A stretch of DNA of 64,000 nucleotides from contig MNCI01002682.1 in the NCBI GenBank assembly GCA_015680685.1, positions 1,204,152-1,268,151 of the forward strand, in the 5' to 3' direction. The stretch comes from Gnetum montanum (taxonomy: Eukaryota; Plantae; Gnetophyta). Below the pieces are notes generated by a model, which had not been told where the DNA came from, ran no database searches, and saw only the letters and a program-made list of their open reading frames with translations. Position 1 is the first letter of the stretch. Each line of letters begins with the position of its first letter. A program made the position numbers and the translations under genes. This document shows positions 51,277-64,000 of this stretch, one piece after another.

Positions 51277-54200
51277 TTGCCCCTTAACTTGACAAATATG
51301 GAATCCAACCAAGGTGCAATTCATGTTTATGACCCAAAAGACCCCATGGTCATAGAACGAAGGAAATCATGTAGACAAAGGGGCAAAAAACCAAATTTTG
51401 TGGTTATCAATAAGGAGTTTTACAACCTCCTTTGTGCCAAGATACAAGTTGTACTCTTAATACCATGCTCTAAATATAACCCTAAGCATCACTTCAAAAT
51501 CATACACTTGGATGGAAAAGAATACATTTCATCCCTTTATGACCAAGTTCCCCTCATAGAATTGTACACAAAAATGCTCATATAACTCATAGAGATTGAT
51601 GAGTTTAGTGAGAGAATTAATTTAAAAAAATTTCAAGAAGAGGAAGATGTGTTTGAGGTTGAACAAGAGTTGGACACCTTTATTGGAAGTCTTTTCTAAT
51701 CTTTAGCTTCCCAAACAACTGAATCCAACTCCACATCTCTTACCTCATCGATAGGACAAGTCTCGTGGGCCAACTCTCCTTCTATCTATCATACCATGTT
51801 TGGGTCCACACCCATTATCACCACATGCCAGACACAACCTATGTCTTAGTATACTTCCTTATTCTCATCAATGCTCTTTATAATCAACCTCACTCTGTTC
51901 ACCTAGCCCTAGTGACATCTACTTGTCCATATTTCTTTATCATGCTAGCAAGATCCTCATTGGGCCCCCAAGCAATACAAGTCCCTCATACTCCTTTCAT
52001 CCACTTTATACCACAAGTTCCAACTCAAACATCTTTTTCATTATTTAGCCCACCCATGACCACCCTAACCTAGCCTCTCCCTTCCATACCATAACCCATC
52101 ACAAGGCCACATGCCTCTCAATTAACATTGCATCCATTCCTACAAGCACCACAACCCATGGGGATGTCCCAATGCTTGAATCAATTCTTTCAAATGATCC
52201 AAGACCTTACTAAAGAGTTGTGGAAACGTAAGGTGAGTATAACCCAGATGGTCAAGGTTCTAGATTTTTACTAGGATGATCCTATAAGTCCTAATGTGCC
52301 TCAAATGAACTTGCCTATAGGTATGCCCATACAAAACTTCACAAAATACAATGAAGGAGATCCCAATGCATACTTGGTTACCTTCTAGTTTGAGTGCCTC
52401 TTTTTACAAGCTTGGTTGTATATGATACTGATGATTTTTCCCATGTCTTTCAAGGGCAAAGTTCTAGAATGGTATCAAACCTTGCCTAGGGGTTCCATCT
52501 CTTCCCTTGAAAACTTGATAGACTAATTTTCCAATCACTTTAGACACAACTTAAAGTCAGATGCCACATTGAATCAACTGATGAAGGTGAAGTAGGGGCC
52601 ACATGAATTGGTCAAAATGTTCATTCAAATATGGAACTCAGCACTTAATGAGATTCCAAAGCCTATTGTCGAAACTCACCTCTTGGAAATCTTCAAGGTA
52701 GTAGTAAATGAATTTATCTAGTCAAAGATTTACTACCTAGAATATTGGTCATTAAGCTAAGCTTCTCACAAACCAAGAACATTGAGAAGGCAGTTGAAGT
52801 AAGAAACAACCTAGCCTATGTTGCTTACAAAAACCAACATGCAAGGAGGGATAGGAATAAAACCAAAAAAGAACCTACAACCATGGCCACTATAGAAAAA
52901 AAGAAAAAATAAGGAGAGAGTAGGAGATCACCACCACGTAACACATTCCCTGAATCATTGCAAACATCCACTTCCTATGCCCCAAATCAGCCAAGACCAA
53001 ACTTTGGGTAGAAGGATAGGTCTAAGTATACAAGGTTTCCTCTAAAGCCCTCTGAGCTCTTAGAATAGCTATTTAAAAAAAAAATATTTACAACATAAGC
53101 AACTATCTAAGGAGGCTAGTAAGAGGCATGATCATCTTTGTGACATAGCTAGAGTCCCAATGATAGCTAGCAGAGATGATCCAAAGCTACCGAAGTACTT
53201 CAACCTGGATAGGTATTGTCATTATCATCAAATGGCTAGTCACAACACTTATTTTTGCCTAGAATTAAAAGATGATCTCAAGAAGAGGATAAACCATGGA
53301 GAGTTGGTACTGAATGAGCCTAACTCTCCAAGCATTGATAGAAACTCCTATACTGTATTCTCATTCATGGAAACCAAATGGTCTAATCCTCCTAGGGAAT
53401 TTTTAATCATTAGAGTAACATCGCAAGCCCAAAACAAAAAGCCTAAAAAGCCCTTCGTTATATGGGTATCACCTCCTCTAGCCCTTAAGAGGCCTTTCAT
53501 CATATGTGTCCCACCTTTAGTGACCTCAACTTCACAACTAAGACCAAAAGTTATTAATTCTCCAAAGCCTAAGGAACCATTTGTTATTCAGGTACCTTCA
53601 CCTTCAACAAATAAGCCTATAACGATCCATGACCAAAGACCACCTATAGTGGCCCACAACTCAAATTTTAGTAAGAAACCATCATCCCAATGATGATGAA
53701 AGCAACCTATCACCACACCAACAAAAAAGCCCATTGAAGATGGTAGATAACAAAAGGCTTCAAAAAAAAGCTACATAAAGGCCAACTACCCCCATGGGCA
53801 AGGGGCCTGAAGCACATGAACTAAAACCTAAGTTGCAAACTCTAGGAAGGATGGAGAAGGTTAAGACCACTAAGTCCAAAAGGTCACAAGCCAATGGAAA
53901 GAGTTTCCTTGCAATAATGAATCAAACCAAATGGTCCCTTAAGCAAAATAACACATCACCAAACTTGTATGGCTTGGTTATGACTTCTCTTACTTACAAA
54001 GATGCACCAGCTCAAGTGTTAACCTCTATCCCTATGAGTAGAGACATGTTGGCCAATCAAGAATTAACCCACTTTTTCATTAAGCAAGATTTGCTTAAAG
54101 AAAATGGACATTAATCCATGCTCAACTTCCATGAGAGTAAAGTAAAAATTCACTCTCAAAATGGAGATGGCCATGAATGTGATACCATTTTCTATTGTTA

Positions 54201-55630
54201 ACAAGATGGGCCTAGCTAAGAACATTCAAGAGACTACTACCTCAACACTCAAGTCATTTAATGGTGATAAGTCATGTTTTCTACATTATGTTGATGAGGC
54301 CTAATTAACATTTCCTTGTTGACATGAACCTGTTGATGTGGCTGTGTCAATGTGGGATTTGATGCATTGATGTGGCCTTGTTGATGCAATGTCTAGTTTT
54401 TCCTATAAATACATGCTTACCTATCATGTTTATGGAATGTTTTTGTCATAGTTGTAACAGAGCTCTTGTAGTTTTGTCACTTGAAAGTTAGAATATTTTT
54501 CTAACTATTCTTAGTAGGAGTCAAAGAGTGTATGGATCTTTATTCAAGCACTACTCTATCTAAGCACAGTACTGTGTGCAACAATAAAGATGAGCTTTCT
54601 GATAAACCTTGTAGCACTTTGAAATTGATTAAATTTTTATTTATGCATTTAATGTTTTATGCAATTTCCTTGAATGATTTAAGTAAGTAAGTAATTAATT
54701 AAGCTAAATTAAATAGTGAATAATTAAGCACATAAGTACAACCACTTCAAGCATACACTTGATGCTTGGTAATCCCAGTAACACTTAATGTTTGGTAACC
54801 CAGTAGTGTTAAACGTGTTTAGAATGTGTATGGCAAGTGGGAATGGATGCTTCTATTAGGATTAGTTAGGTGTGGCCAGTTAGATTGAATTAGTAATTTA
54901 ATTATTTTTTTTTATACATTATTCTTCATCCTTAGGTAATTTAAAACATGAAAATGACAAAAATCATATGCCTTAGTTGCACTTAACCATACCATTACAT
55001 TTCACAAGTGTAATTGGGAAGAAAACAATTACAATGTTTAGTTTTACTTCCTAGAGACTAGTGTACTTAGAAGGCTATAGGTCCATGAAATTTGATCGAA
55101 TTGCACGTGAAAGCTTAGTGATTCATATGGTTGGGAATATGGTCTACTCACCACTCATCAAATGGCTCACAAGTAGTAGTGTGAGGTTTCATCTCCTTGG
55201 ATTTTGTGGCTGGAGAGCAATTTTCCACATCCACTAACTTCCTAGTAGTTGGAGATACATAGTTTCAACATGATCCTAGGAAGTCCATGGTTAGTGAAGC
55301 TTTAGGAAATTTCATCCCCTATAAATCAAGAGATCCACTTGCCCTAGAAGGGAAGGGAAATTTTCATTTGTGGGGACAATGTGCCAGTACCATTGGTTAA
55401 CTATGTCAACATTGACAAAGATTAGGAGGTGGAGTTTCAAGAGGAGATTCCTAAAACTGAAATTGGGTTCAATACTATAAGCAAAAATAATAATGAGAAT
55501 AACTATAATGCTAGCAACAACAACTCTAAAATGATAAATGATCAATGAGAGTACCTACCAATTGCCATGTTCAACAAGATAGATGGTGAGCACAAGATCA
55601 TGCTAAAGGGGCTCCTTGATCTATCAAAGG
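51277..55630 (+). pseudogene. gag: Decayed gag-protease, copy 2
   Basis: ORF pieces paralogous to copy 1 (e.g. RYCHYHQMASHNTYFC); PR active-site segment deleted near 54165. Confidence 0.85.
54265..55160 (+). mobile_element. Solo LTR, family A, in protease of copy 2
   Basis: TGATAAGTCATG...CCACTCATCA, perfect TSD AATGG. Confidence 0.92.
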
Positions 55631-57071
55631 TTAAGTAACAAGTTCACAATAAATGTCCCATCACTTATTTTGTTAGTAGTCATTTTCTTATTTTCAAAAT
55701 GTTGTATCATGCTTCATGGTTGATTTTAGCCTTATATGCTATTTTGAGAGCATCCCATACTTACTAGGCAAGTATGAATCATGGCTTACCAAGGCCTAAA
55801 TCTGGTATCCCTATGGCCCGCTAAGGCCGAAAACTAGAAACCCTATGCCTACCATAGCCTTAAACTAGCAAGAATTGTATGGCCTACCATAGCCTTAAAC
55901 TGGAAAATATCTTTATCTTGTTTACAACTTAGTTTACATCCTTATAGCCTACAAAATAATCGTTTATAATCAACAATATGAAAATGACCATTTACAACTG
56001 AAAATAGGAAAATGATAGTTTACAACCAAAAATGAGAAAATAACCATTTACAACCAAAAATAGAAAAATAATAGTTTACATCTAAAAATAAGAAAATGAT
56101 AGATTGCAACCAAAAATAGGAAAATGACAATTGACAGCTAAAAATAGGAAAATGATAGTTTATAGTCAAAAATAGAAAAATAATAGATTGGAACCAAAAA
56201 TATGAAAATTACAATGTGAAAATAAAATTTTATTTTTTATTCCATACTTAGAATAATTTTAAAACACAATCCAAGTTCACAATCCAAAATTCCACAAGGT
56301 GGAATAACAACATTGAAACCAAAAGAAATGCCCATGGAAAATTAGTCATAAATTTTTTTTTAATTTGATCCAAACCATTTTTAGATCATTTCTAACATTT
56401 TAGCCTATCCCCAAGATCATGCAACATTGATGGAAATTTTTTTCCAAAGTATCAACATTGCCCATCTCCATAGAGGCAAATGCATAATAGCCTTAGAACT
56501 TTGATTTCGAGTGACTTTATGGAAACATCTATAGAAATTAACTACTTAATGAAATTTGATAATTCCAAAAGTTTTTGAATTGTAAAACCATGAACTACAA
56601 TCTCATAGAAGAAAACATAGAAATCTTAACTATTATTTAGAAAAAATTATGGAAGTGACATAACTGTGGCCATCATAGGAAAAACCCCATTTCATGCGAG
56701 CTAACAGAAACACTTGTCAAGAACAAACTATTCATGAAAATTTAATGAGTTGATATCCATTGGAATTCCTAAAAAATGATCTAAAAGGTTGTAACATTAA
56801 AAATTGAAAATTTATAACCTTTTACTATAGAAAAATTGACAAATTTCTTTAAAAATATGACTAAGTTGGGATGTTGGACTTCTAGGCTTGACGATGTTGG
56901 GGAAGCCTTGGAATATATGACATATTATATCAACTCCAAAAAACCCAATTCTAGGCACTCCATCCCTACTAAAAAAATCCCATGATCAAGCTAGATAAGT
57001 AAGTGTAGAACTAGGCACAATTTGAGTGGTTAAAAGACATCAAAATTCATTTGAAAACTAGTTTCCCATGT

Positions 57072-59413
57072 GACTATGTTGGCCTGGAGGTGGACTACAT
57101 TGGTCTAGTATAGCCCATGGTGGAATACACCTCTCCTAGCTCATTTAGCCTTCAGTTAACTCCAAATATCCAACTTATCTTTCTAAACCCTAGTCAAAGC
57201 ACCCAACAACCTCAAAACTCTATTGAATTCATCCATTGTTCCCACTTTTTCTATTTTTCCTATGACTACACTGCCAAAACATAGTAACTATGCTGGCTTA
57301 GTGTAGTCATAGGGTTTAGAGGAAGAATTGATCATAGAAACCATTCTAGATCTTCAAAAATGCACTTTAGAGCCTCAATACCTCCTCAAGACCTTTGGTG
57401 ACCTCAGAATGTTAAATAACCATCCAAAACCTTACAAAAATCCATGGAAACTCATTTTCAAAGTGTGACTACACATGGGATGGGGTGACTATGCTAGGAC
57501 AACATAGTCATAGTAGGTGCCCAATGAAGTCCATTAAAAACCTTCAAAAGAATCATTTTCAAGTCCAAACCCACCTCTTGAGACCTCAAAACCCTAAAAA
57601 ATAAGATAGAGCTTGCCACGTTTTTCCATTTTTCACACTTTCAACCTTAACTACATTGAGGGATGGTGTGACTACATTGGGCTGGTGTAGTTGCTTCTAG
57701 AGAATAGTCTAGCCCACTCACAAACAATCAAAATTTATCACAAAATACTCAAATTTACTCTCGATAAACCTTGGGACCTTCTCAAAGCCAGTTTTCAACT
57801 TCTCACTCCATACTTTTTATTTACAATACCCCAACTATGTTGAAGTTTACATGACTACATAGTGCTAGCATAGCCACCATTGTTGCCTAGCATAGTCCAT
57901 ATTTTTGGGATCAAACCAAGTTAAATTTGATGAAGAAAACATTGTTTTCAACTATATGACCTTACTGGAACACATTGAGATCATTTACTATTTTTAACTT
58001 TCAAAACCTCAACTATGTTGGAAAAAATGGTGATTAGACTGCGTTAGTGTTGTCACTCTTAATCCCTAGCATAGTCCACTCCAAGTTATCCAAAATTGAT
58101 AGTAAAAAGATCAAATCCACTTTTCACAAATTCCAAAACCTCACTGGAGCTTGAAAGACTATAAAATCTACATTTTCCCATCATTTTTTTATCATCAAAG
58201 TTCGAAATACATTGAAGGAAATTGGAACTATGCTAGGCTAGCATAGTTCCTACCCAATCCTAGTGTAGTCCACCTACATTTTCTAAAACATTGATAAAAA
58301 CAACTCAAAGTTTACTTGTAGTAGTCCTAGGGCCCACTAGAGTCAACTTTAGCAATAAAACTTATTTTTTCTAATTGTTGAAACCTAAATACACTAATAG
58401 AAAATTAGGACTACACTGGGCTAGTGTCATCCTTGCCAAGGGTCAACATAGTCCACTTGAGGATGACCAAAACTATCTAAAACTACTAAAATCAACTCCT
58501 AGAAGGATCTAGAACCTTGTTGGAGCATGTCCAGACCTTGAAAGCTTGGGAAACAAGCCAAGATTCATCCTTTTTAATCTTTAATGAATCCAAATTCCTT
58601 AACTACATTGGAAACTACATTCCTAGCATAGTCACATAGTATTTGAGAATCCAAGATCCAAACATGCATCAAAACTAGTAACTTTGGTACTAAAACCCTA
58701 ACTGGCAACACCAGTGATCCCAAAAGCTCATTAGGATGATCAATAAAACTCTAAAACTCATCAAAACCCATTTTCTATGTAGGACTACATTGAACAAGTT
58801 GGCGACTATGTTGGGCTAGCATAGTCATAGTAGGTAGGGAATATGTGATGATAACAATAGATAGTATATCATCCAAAATGATTCAAAAAGGACCTAGAAT
58901 TACCAAAACATTGTCCCATGTTTTCCAGCTATAATTTCACTTCATTTTAGCCTTAGAAACATCAAATTCCACTCAACTAGACTAAGGAAGCCCATTACTA
59001 TGCTAGCCTAGCATAGTCACAGTAGGAAGAAAAGATGTGGCAAAAATAATCAATAGTATACCATTCAAAATGGCCTAGAATGGCTCAAACCCTACTCCAT
59101 GTCACCCAATTGTAATTCCAGTATGTTTCAGCCCCAGAAATCCCATGAAATCATCTATTCCTTGTGACTATGCTAGGGCCTACTAGTGGAGTGTAGTTAC
59201 CATTAAGAACATATTTTTCAGCCATCTAGAAGGTTAAAATAGTGCTAGCACTTGCAAATATTCAATACCCAGCCCTTGTGCTAGATATTTGGATCATTAG
59301 GAGCTAAAAAGTAATGATACTAAGCCTAGGAAACTACCCCTAAATGTTGACTATGTTTGAGAATGCATGATTACATTGGGCTAGCTTAGTCACCAATAGG
59401 GCCTAGTGTAGTC
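57072..59413. repeat. ~190 bp-period palindromic cluster array, copy 2
   Basis: Paralog of 41174-43535; perfect 11-bp arms AACTATGCTAG-G-CTAGCATAGTT at 58226-58248. Confidence 0.9.
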
Positions 59414-60885
59414 ACAAGAAAAAGTGCCAATTTTGCTTCAAAACAACCTAGGAATGATCCCCTCATGTGTGCAAACTTCCCAGACAACCTGATAGCTGCA
59501 TATCATGGCTCACTAGGGTTTAAAATTGGCAAAATATAGCCCTATTTAACTAGTAATGGTGAAGTTTTACCACATGTATTTCATTCTCATTTATTTGACC
59601 TTGTGTCATGGTTCTTTAGCTTGTTTTTTATCTTGTTTTGCACTATTGTCTTTCATTTCCATCAATTGACCTCATACAATCTCTACATAATTTTAGTTTC
59701 ATCATATTCACCTTATTTTCTTCATTATGGCCTTTCTTTGACCCTTTCCTACATCAGTTGGCCCCTGCATTACACTATTTGCATTATTATTAATGTACTT
59801 TAGATTATTTAATAATTTTATTACATAGGTGCCACTTGATTTGCTTATGTTTTCATGTAAGAATGAGGAAAGAGAATAAGCAAGTAGATTTAACCAAACT
59901 TAAGGCCTAAATAAGCTCTTCTTGTGATGTTGTTAAACCAAGTTGACCTTAAATATCCAAATTTAAGACCTTGAAACCATTTTACTCTACAATCATAACA
60001 CATTGAAGTAGCCTAAATACCATTAACCATGAAGCCAAAAACATCAGGAAGCATCCCTTAGTCAAAATTCCCATATAAGATTAAGATGATGAGGAGAAAA
60101 TACATAGGACCAAGTTCCTCATCAAAATTTAACCTTGCTCATGACCTCATCAAGTCCATGCAATGCAACTTTAAAGCCATCACATAGCCTTGATTACATC
60201 TAACACTCACATGTTTGCTTGTAGTATTACTTACTATTATTGATATGTTAAAATGGGTGACTAATGTTGACGATTTTGATGGTCAATAATAAGCGAGCCT
60301 ACATGATATCTTTTGCATGATAGAGGAACATCTTTCTACAGCCTTCCAAGGCCTTAAACTAGCAACATGGCCTGCCATGACCTTAAACTAGCAACATGTA
60401 ATCCTTGGTAGCTAGATTTATTAAACTCTTCTACATGACCTTATGTATTTCATTTTATTCTCTTGGAGTTTTGCTTGCAAGGTGAAGCTTGGAGTCATCA
60501 TGGAGGTGCAACTCACTATGGTAACAAGTCACCATGTGACCTTGATGTGCAAGATTCTATGAGTTTTTCCTATCATGCCAAGAGTGCTTGTTTCATATCA
60601 TTTCCATTACCGTTCCCTTGAGCCCAACCTTGTACCTTGATTATAACCTTCCTTGCCTTTGATGACAATGTCCACTAATGTTTGATACTCATGTAATATG
60701 ATCATATGACATTCCTTCATCATGCTCTACTATTAATTCAATTAAATGTAATGCACTTCATTCAATGGGAAACCATCTATTTCATCGAGTGTAATACATC
60801 TCACTTGATAGGAAAACTAAATCAAAACTAGCTTTGGAAAAGAAACCCAATTAAGTTTTCACCTTACAAAAAGGGGGGAAAGGGG

Positions 60886-60932
60886 NNNNNNNNNNNNNNN
60901 NNNNNNNNNNNNNNNNNNNNNNNNNNNNNNNN
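60886..60932. other. Assembly gap (47 N) within G-rich tract
   Basis: N run flanked by GGGG. Confidence 0.98.
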
Positions 60933-61393
60933 GGGGCACAAGGGGGATGGGGAAAGGAAATAGCTAAGAAGCTGAGTGACCAATGAAGCCTAAAGGACAT
61001 AACAATAGCTCCAAATATGCAAAGGGAGGAGTCTAACAACCAAATTAACCTCAAAGCAAGGTTTTGGTTCCTCACACACATTTGCTAAGTAACAATACAT
61101 TAAAGCATGAAGTGTGAAACGTAAATGGATTGACCAACATGTCTATGCCACATTATAGCCATGATGTCAATGCTTGGAATGCATTGTCAGCCTACATAAC
61201 TATTTTCATATGAACTCACTACCATTTCACCCTCATAACCTTCTCCCATCATCACAAGTACTCTTGGGCATGGTTTGACACTACTGGATCAAGTGGGGAG
61301 AGGGAACATTGGTGATGGACCTATAGTGGTGTTTTGTATTCTTTGTCGATGTCTCCTGGGTTAATCCACCAAATATTAATAAAGAGAGGTGAA

Positions 61394-62017
61394 TGAAACA
61401 CCACCAACAATTCATTTTGTAACTTTTATTTCACAACTAGAGGTATTGATTCATTGTAAATGTGAGATATGTAGTCCCTGAGCTATAATCTTGCATACTT
61501 CAAATTTTTGAGGTAAAAAAATGCTTCAAAAGTTTCTATTACCTCACTGCCCAAGTAGGAAAAGGTACCTCATGTCTATATCTAGGTTTGGAAAGGTTGA
61601 AAATGCCTTGGGAATGGTTAAAATTGGCATTTCCATGGGGTTTTTAAGGGTATAGTCCTAACTACGTTGGAGACATCTATAGTAGACATAGTAGCTATAG
61701 TAGATAGTGGTGTTATAGTAGCTAGTGTATTCAACACCAAGACCTAGCAAAAGTGCAATGTTGAAGTTATTGAAATTTCTATTTTTTCAACAATAGGTAG
61801 CATAGTCATCCCAAGTCTTCAATGGCTAGTATAGACAAGATTCTTCACTAGGCACAACACTTTTCAATAGACTCCATCATTTCTAGAGTTTTCAACTTTT
61901 TGTACATTTTCCACTAACTTTGCTATTTTCTAACAACCTCAGTGTAGTCCACCAAAGCTAGCATAGTAAGGATGGTTCCAACATAGTCATAAAATTTGAT
62001 TTACTATTTATGGTAAA
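61394..62017 (+). repeat. 3' LTR, family C copy 2 (interrupted)
   Basis: AAAGAGAGGTGAA then TGAAACACCACC; matches 45517-46136. Confidence 0.88.
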
Positions 62018-64000
62018 TGTTGGCACATTTTGGCCATTTCATGGAACAGAGATATGAGACGATTGAAACCATGGCTCAAGTCTGAAGAATTCCACAATAG
62101 TTAACTAACCATGAAATTGGAATAAAATGAAATTCAAGAGGATGCAGTACAATGTTCTTATTGCGGCTACTCATGTTGTTGAATTTAATGTTTTCAAAAT
62201 CAAGGGATGATGACATTGCAATTGGGAATGTTAGCATGAAGGTTTATCTAGAGTCAAAAGCAAATGGTGTGTCAATTGCAGATATTTCTCTAGCTTATGG
62301 TAGGGTAGCCCTAGTTACTTTATCTATAATAAAGACATGAGAGTTTCTTATTGGAAAGCCATGGACATTTGATACTTTTGAGAATGCTTTCAAAATGCAC
62401 AATTTTCAAAGACACACGGATCGGCTGGCTTTGTGTAAATTGTGAAGAGAATGGGGAGTCCTAAATTGATGCAAACCCAGGACAATACCCTAAATCCAAC
62501 CAGACATCATTTTTCAGGCAGCATTTGGAAGAGATACTGGACACTCCCAGCCATGAAATAGATGATATCAGAGGTTGCTGCTGTACCAGTAACATTCAGT
62601 CACAAGCCAAAACCCAGAAACAGAAAGAATAATCATTATTCCTAGTGCCAATGAGGTGTTAGCCTAGTAAATTATTTTTTTTTAAAAAGGAAGAAAATCC
62701 ATTGGCAGCCGATGAAGAACAACGGAGGTCTCCCAACGAGAAAAGTAACCTGACACGGGTGAGCCATGCTCTCAGGGCCAAAAATGCAGCAAAATCAGGA
62801 ACACATCAGTTGACAAAACAAATGTCGCTTCCAACAGTTCCAGCAAACACCACACCATGAAACGAAATAACAAAAATACAGTCACCTATCAACCCCACTC
62901 CGCTTTTGCCACAACTTCACTGCAGAAATGATTCCTTTGCCCGTCAAGAAGCAGCTGACAGAGTTCAAGGCCAGTGCGGTGACCAGAAAAAAAAATACGA
63001 TGGGTGTCGACGGAGAGGACGGCGGTGGCACTGGCACGATGTTGTGGACGTACGCCAACAGAATTGCGCGGCCACAGCATTCACAAAAATGGCCATGGCA
63101 TAGTGAGGCCATGAGGATTTTTTGCAGGTTTTTGCAGCAAGGTTTTAGGGTTACAGAAATTCACAAATTTGCTAACTTAACAGAGCATCGCCACTGAACG
63201 CCACGTCAATGACGTTGTTCTTGGCCCTTTTGGAGTGCAACGATCTTTCCTCGCACATAACCTCCTTCTGCACTGCTACGGACCTTCTCTGTGAAGGCCA
63301 CGTTTACGCTGTCGCTGACCCAGACCGCAGTTTCACAAACTACCACGACAATGAATTCAGCTCATACAAGAGCAATGATTTCCAAAACTACTCCCTCGAT
63401 GATAATGTCAACAGCGACTAGTTTAGGAGCTATGACACACAGCCATGGTGGCAGCAGAGCAACGAACCGATGGCAACGAAAATCGCATACGGGCTGGAAA
63501 AGAACAGAAGAAGCTACAGTTCCTGCAGTAGGACGACGATGGTAGTATTATTCCAACGGAGGACGACGTTGTGGTTCAAGATGGTGCTGGCAATTTTTCG
63601 AGCATTACTGATGCTATCAAGGTGGCCCTAATAACAACGCAGATGTGCATATCATATATGAGAAAGCAGGAGTTTACCAGGAGTATGTTTTGGTTTCCAA
63701 TTCTAAGAAGAATAAAGATGTAAGGCCATTCGGTACATGGCCAGAGAGGTTGTAGATCAGGAAGTGTTTAATATTTTTAATGGTTTTTTGATCAAGTATA
63801 AAAATCACACGTGGTCCCCGAAATGTAGATTAATTCCATCAAGTTAGGGACCAATAGATATATATTTATTATGATTACTATCTCTATTACTATGATCTAA
63901 AGAAAATATTTTATGATTTAAAAAGGAAAAGACAATTATGGGATATTTGTGTAACATCCTATAAAAGGAGACATTTGGCTATTATCCCTTTTATTCCTAT
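62018..64000 (+). mobile_element. Long LTR (U3 part) of a family B-related element, runs off window end
   Basis: Starts TGTTGGCACATTTTGGCCATTTCATGGAACAG, nearly the same as the family B LTR start; CpG-rich middle, AT-rich segment, TATA CCTATAAAAG at ~63958. Confidence 0.85.

Larger units (their letters stand above)
49407..62017 (+). mobile_element. Family C element copy 2 (duplicate of 33521-46136; 5'-truncated LTR)
   Basis: Colinear at ~15.9 kb offset; PBS ~50665-50682; same solo LTR, same pol deletion; 3' LTR from 61394. Confidence 0.92.

Noticed and set aside
49407-62017. Assembly artefact (uncollapsed haplotype)
   Set aside because: Copies differ by many transitions, indels and a private insertion, and the junction has a repair-like signature; not fully excludable without reads

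Overview
AT-rich, strongly CpG/CHG-decayed plant intergenic DNA made almost entirely of nested Ty3/Gypsy LTR retrotransposons; no host gene is supportable. The TatII-type domain order hints at a non-flowering vascular plant (inference). Three LTR families are resolved. (A) Family with TGATGA...TCATCA LTRs and tRNA-Asp PBS (Athila-like): a 5' end at 1-1776 (-), a host element from 6006 (+), solo LTRs at 25669, 38444 and 54265, and a 3' end at 46835 (-). (B) TatII-like family with ~3 kb TGTTGGC LTRs and tRNA-Asn PBS: a complete element at 6848-18398 (-, TSD GTATG) in which RT is deleted in frame, plus an extra 3' ORF; a related LTR starts at 62018. (C) Tat/Ogre-like family with TGAAAC LTRs: one RT-RH-aRH-INT-bearing copy (20527-33214, -) and two pol-deleted copies (33215-46834 and ~49407-62017, +) produced by a ~15.9 kb DNA-level tandem duplication. 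LINE and SINE relics occupy 2.1-5.6 kb. Best candidate for a new system: family C carries, in a multi-kb spacer between protease and RT, a ~190 bp-period array of symmetric GACTACGCTG-derived sites that also recur in its LTR, and the pol-bearing copy has an antisense, intron-containing accessory gene directly beside that array. All coordinates were read by eye; divergence and homology statements are unquantified.
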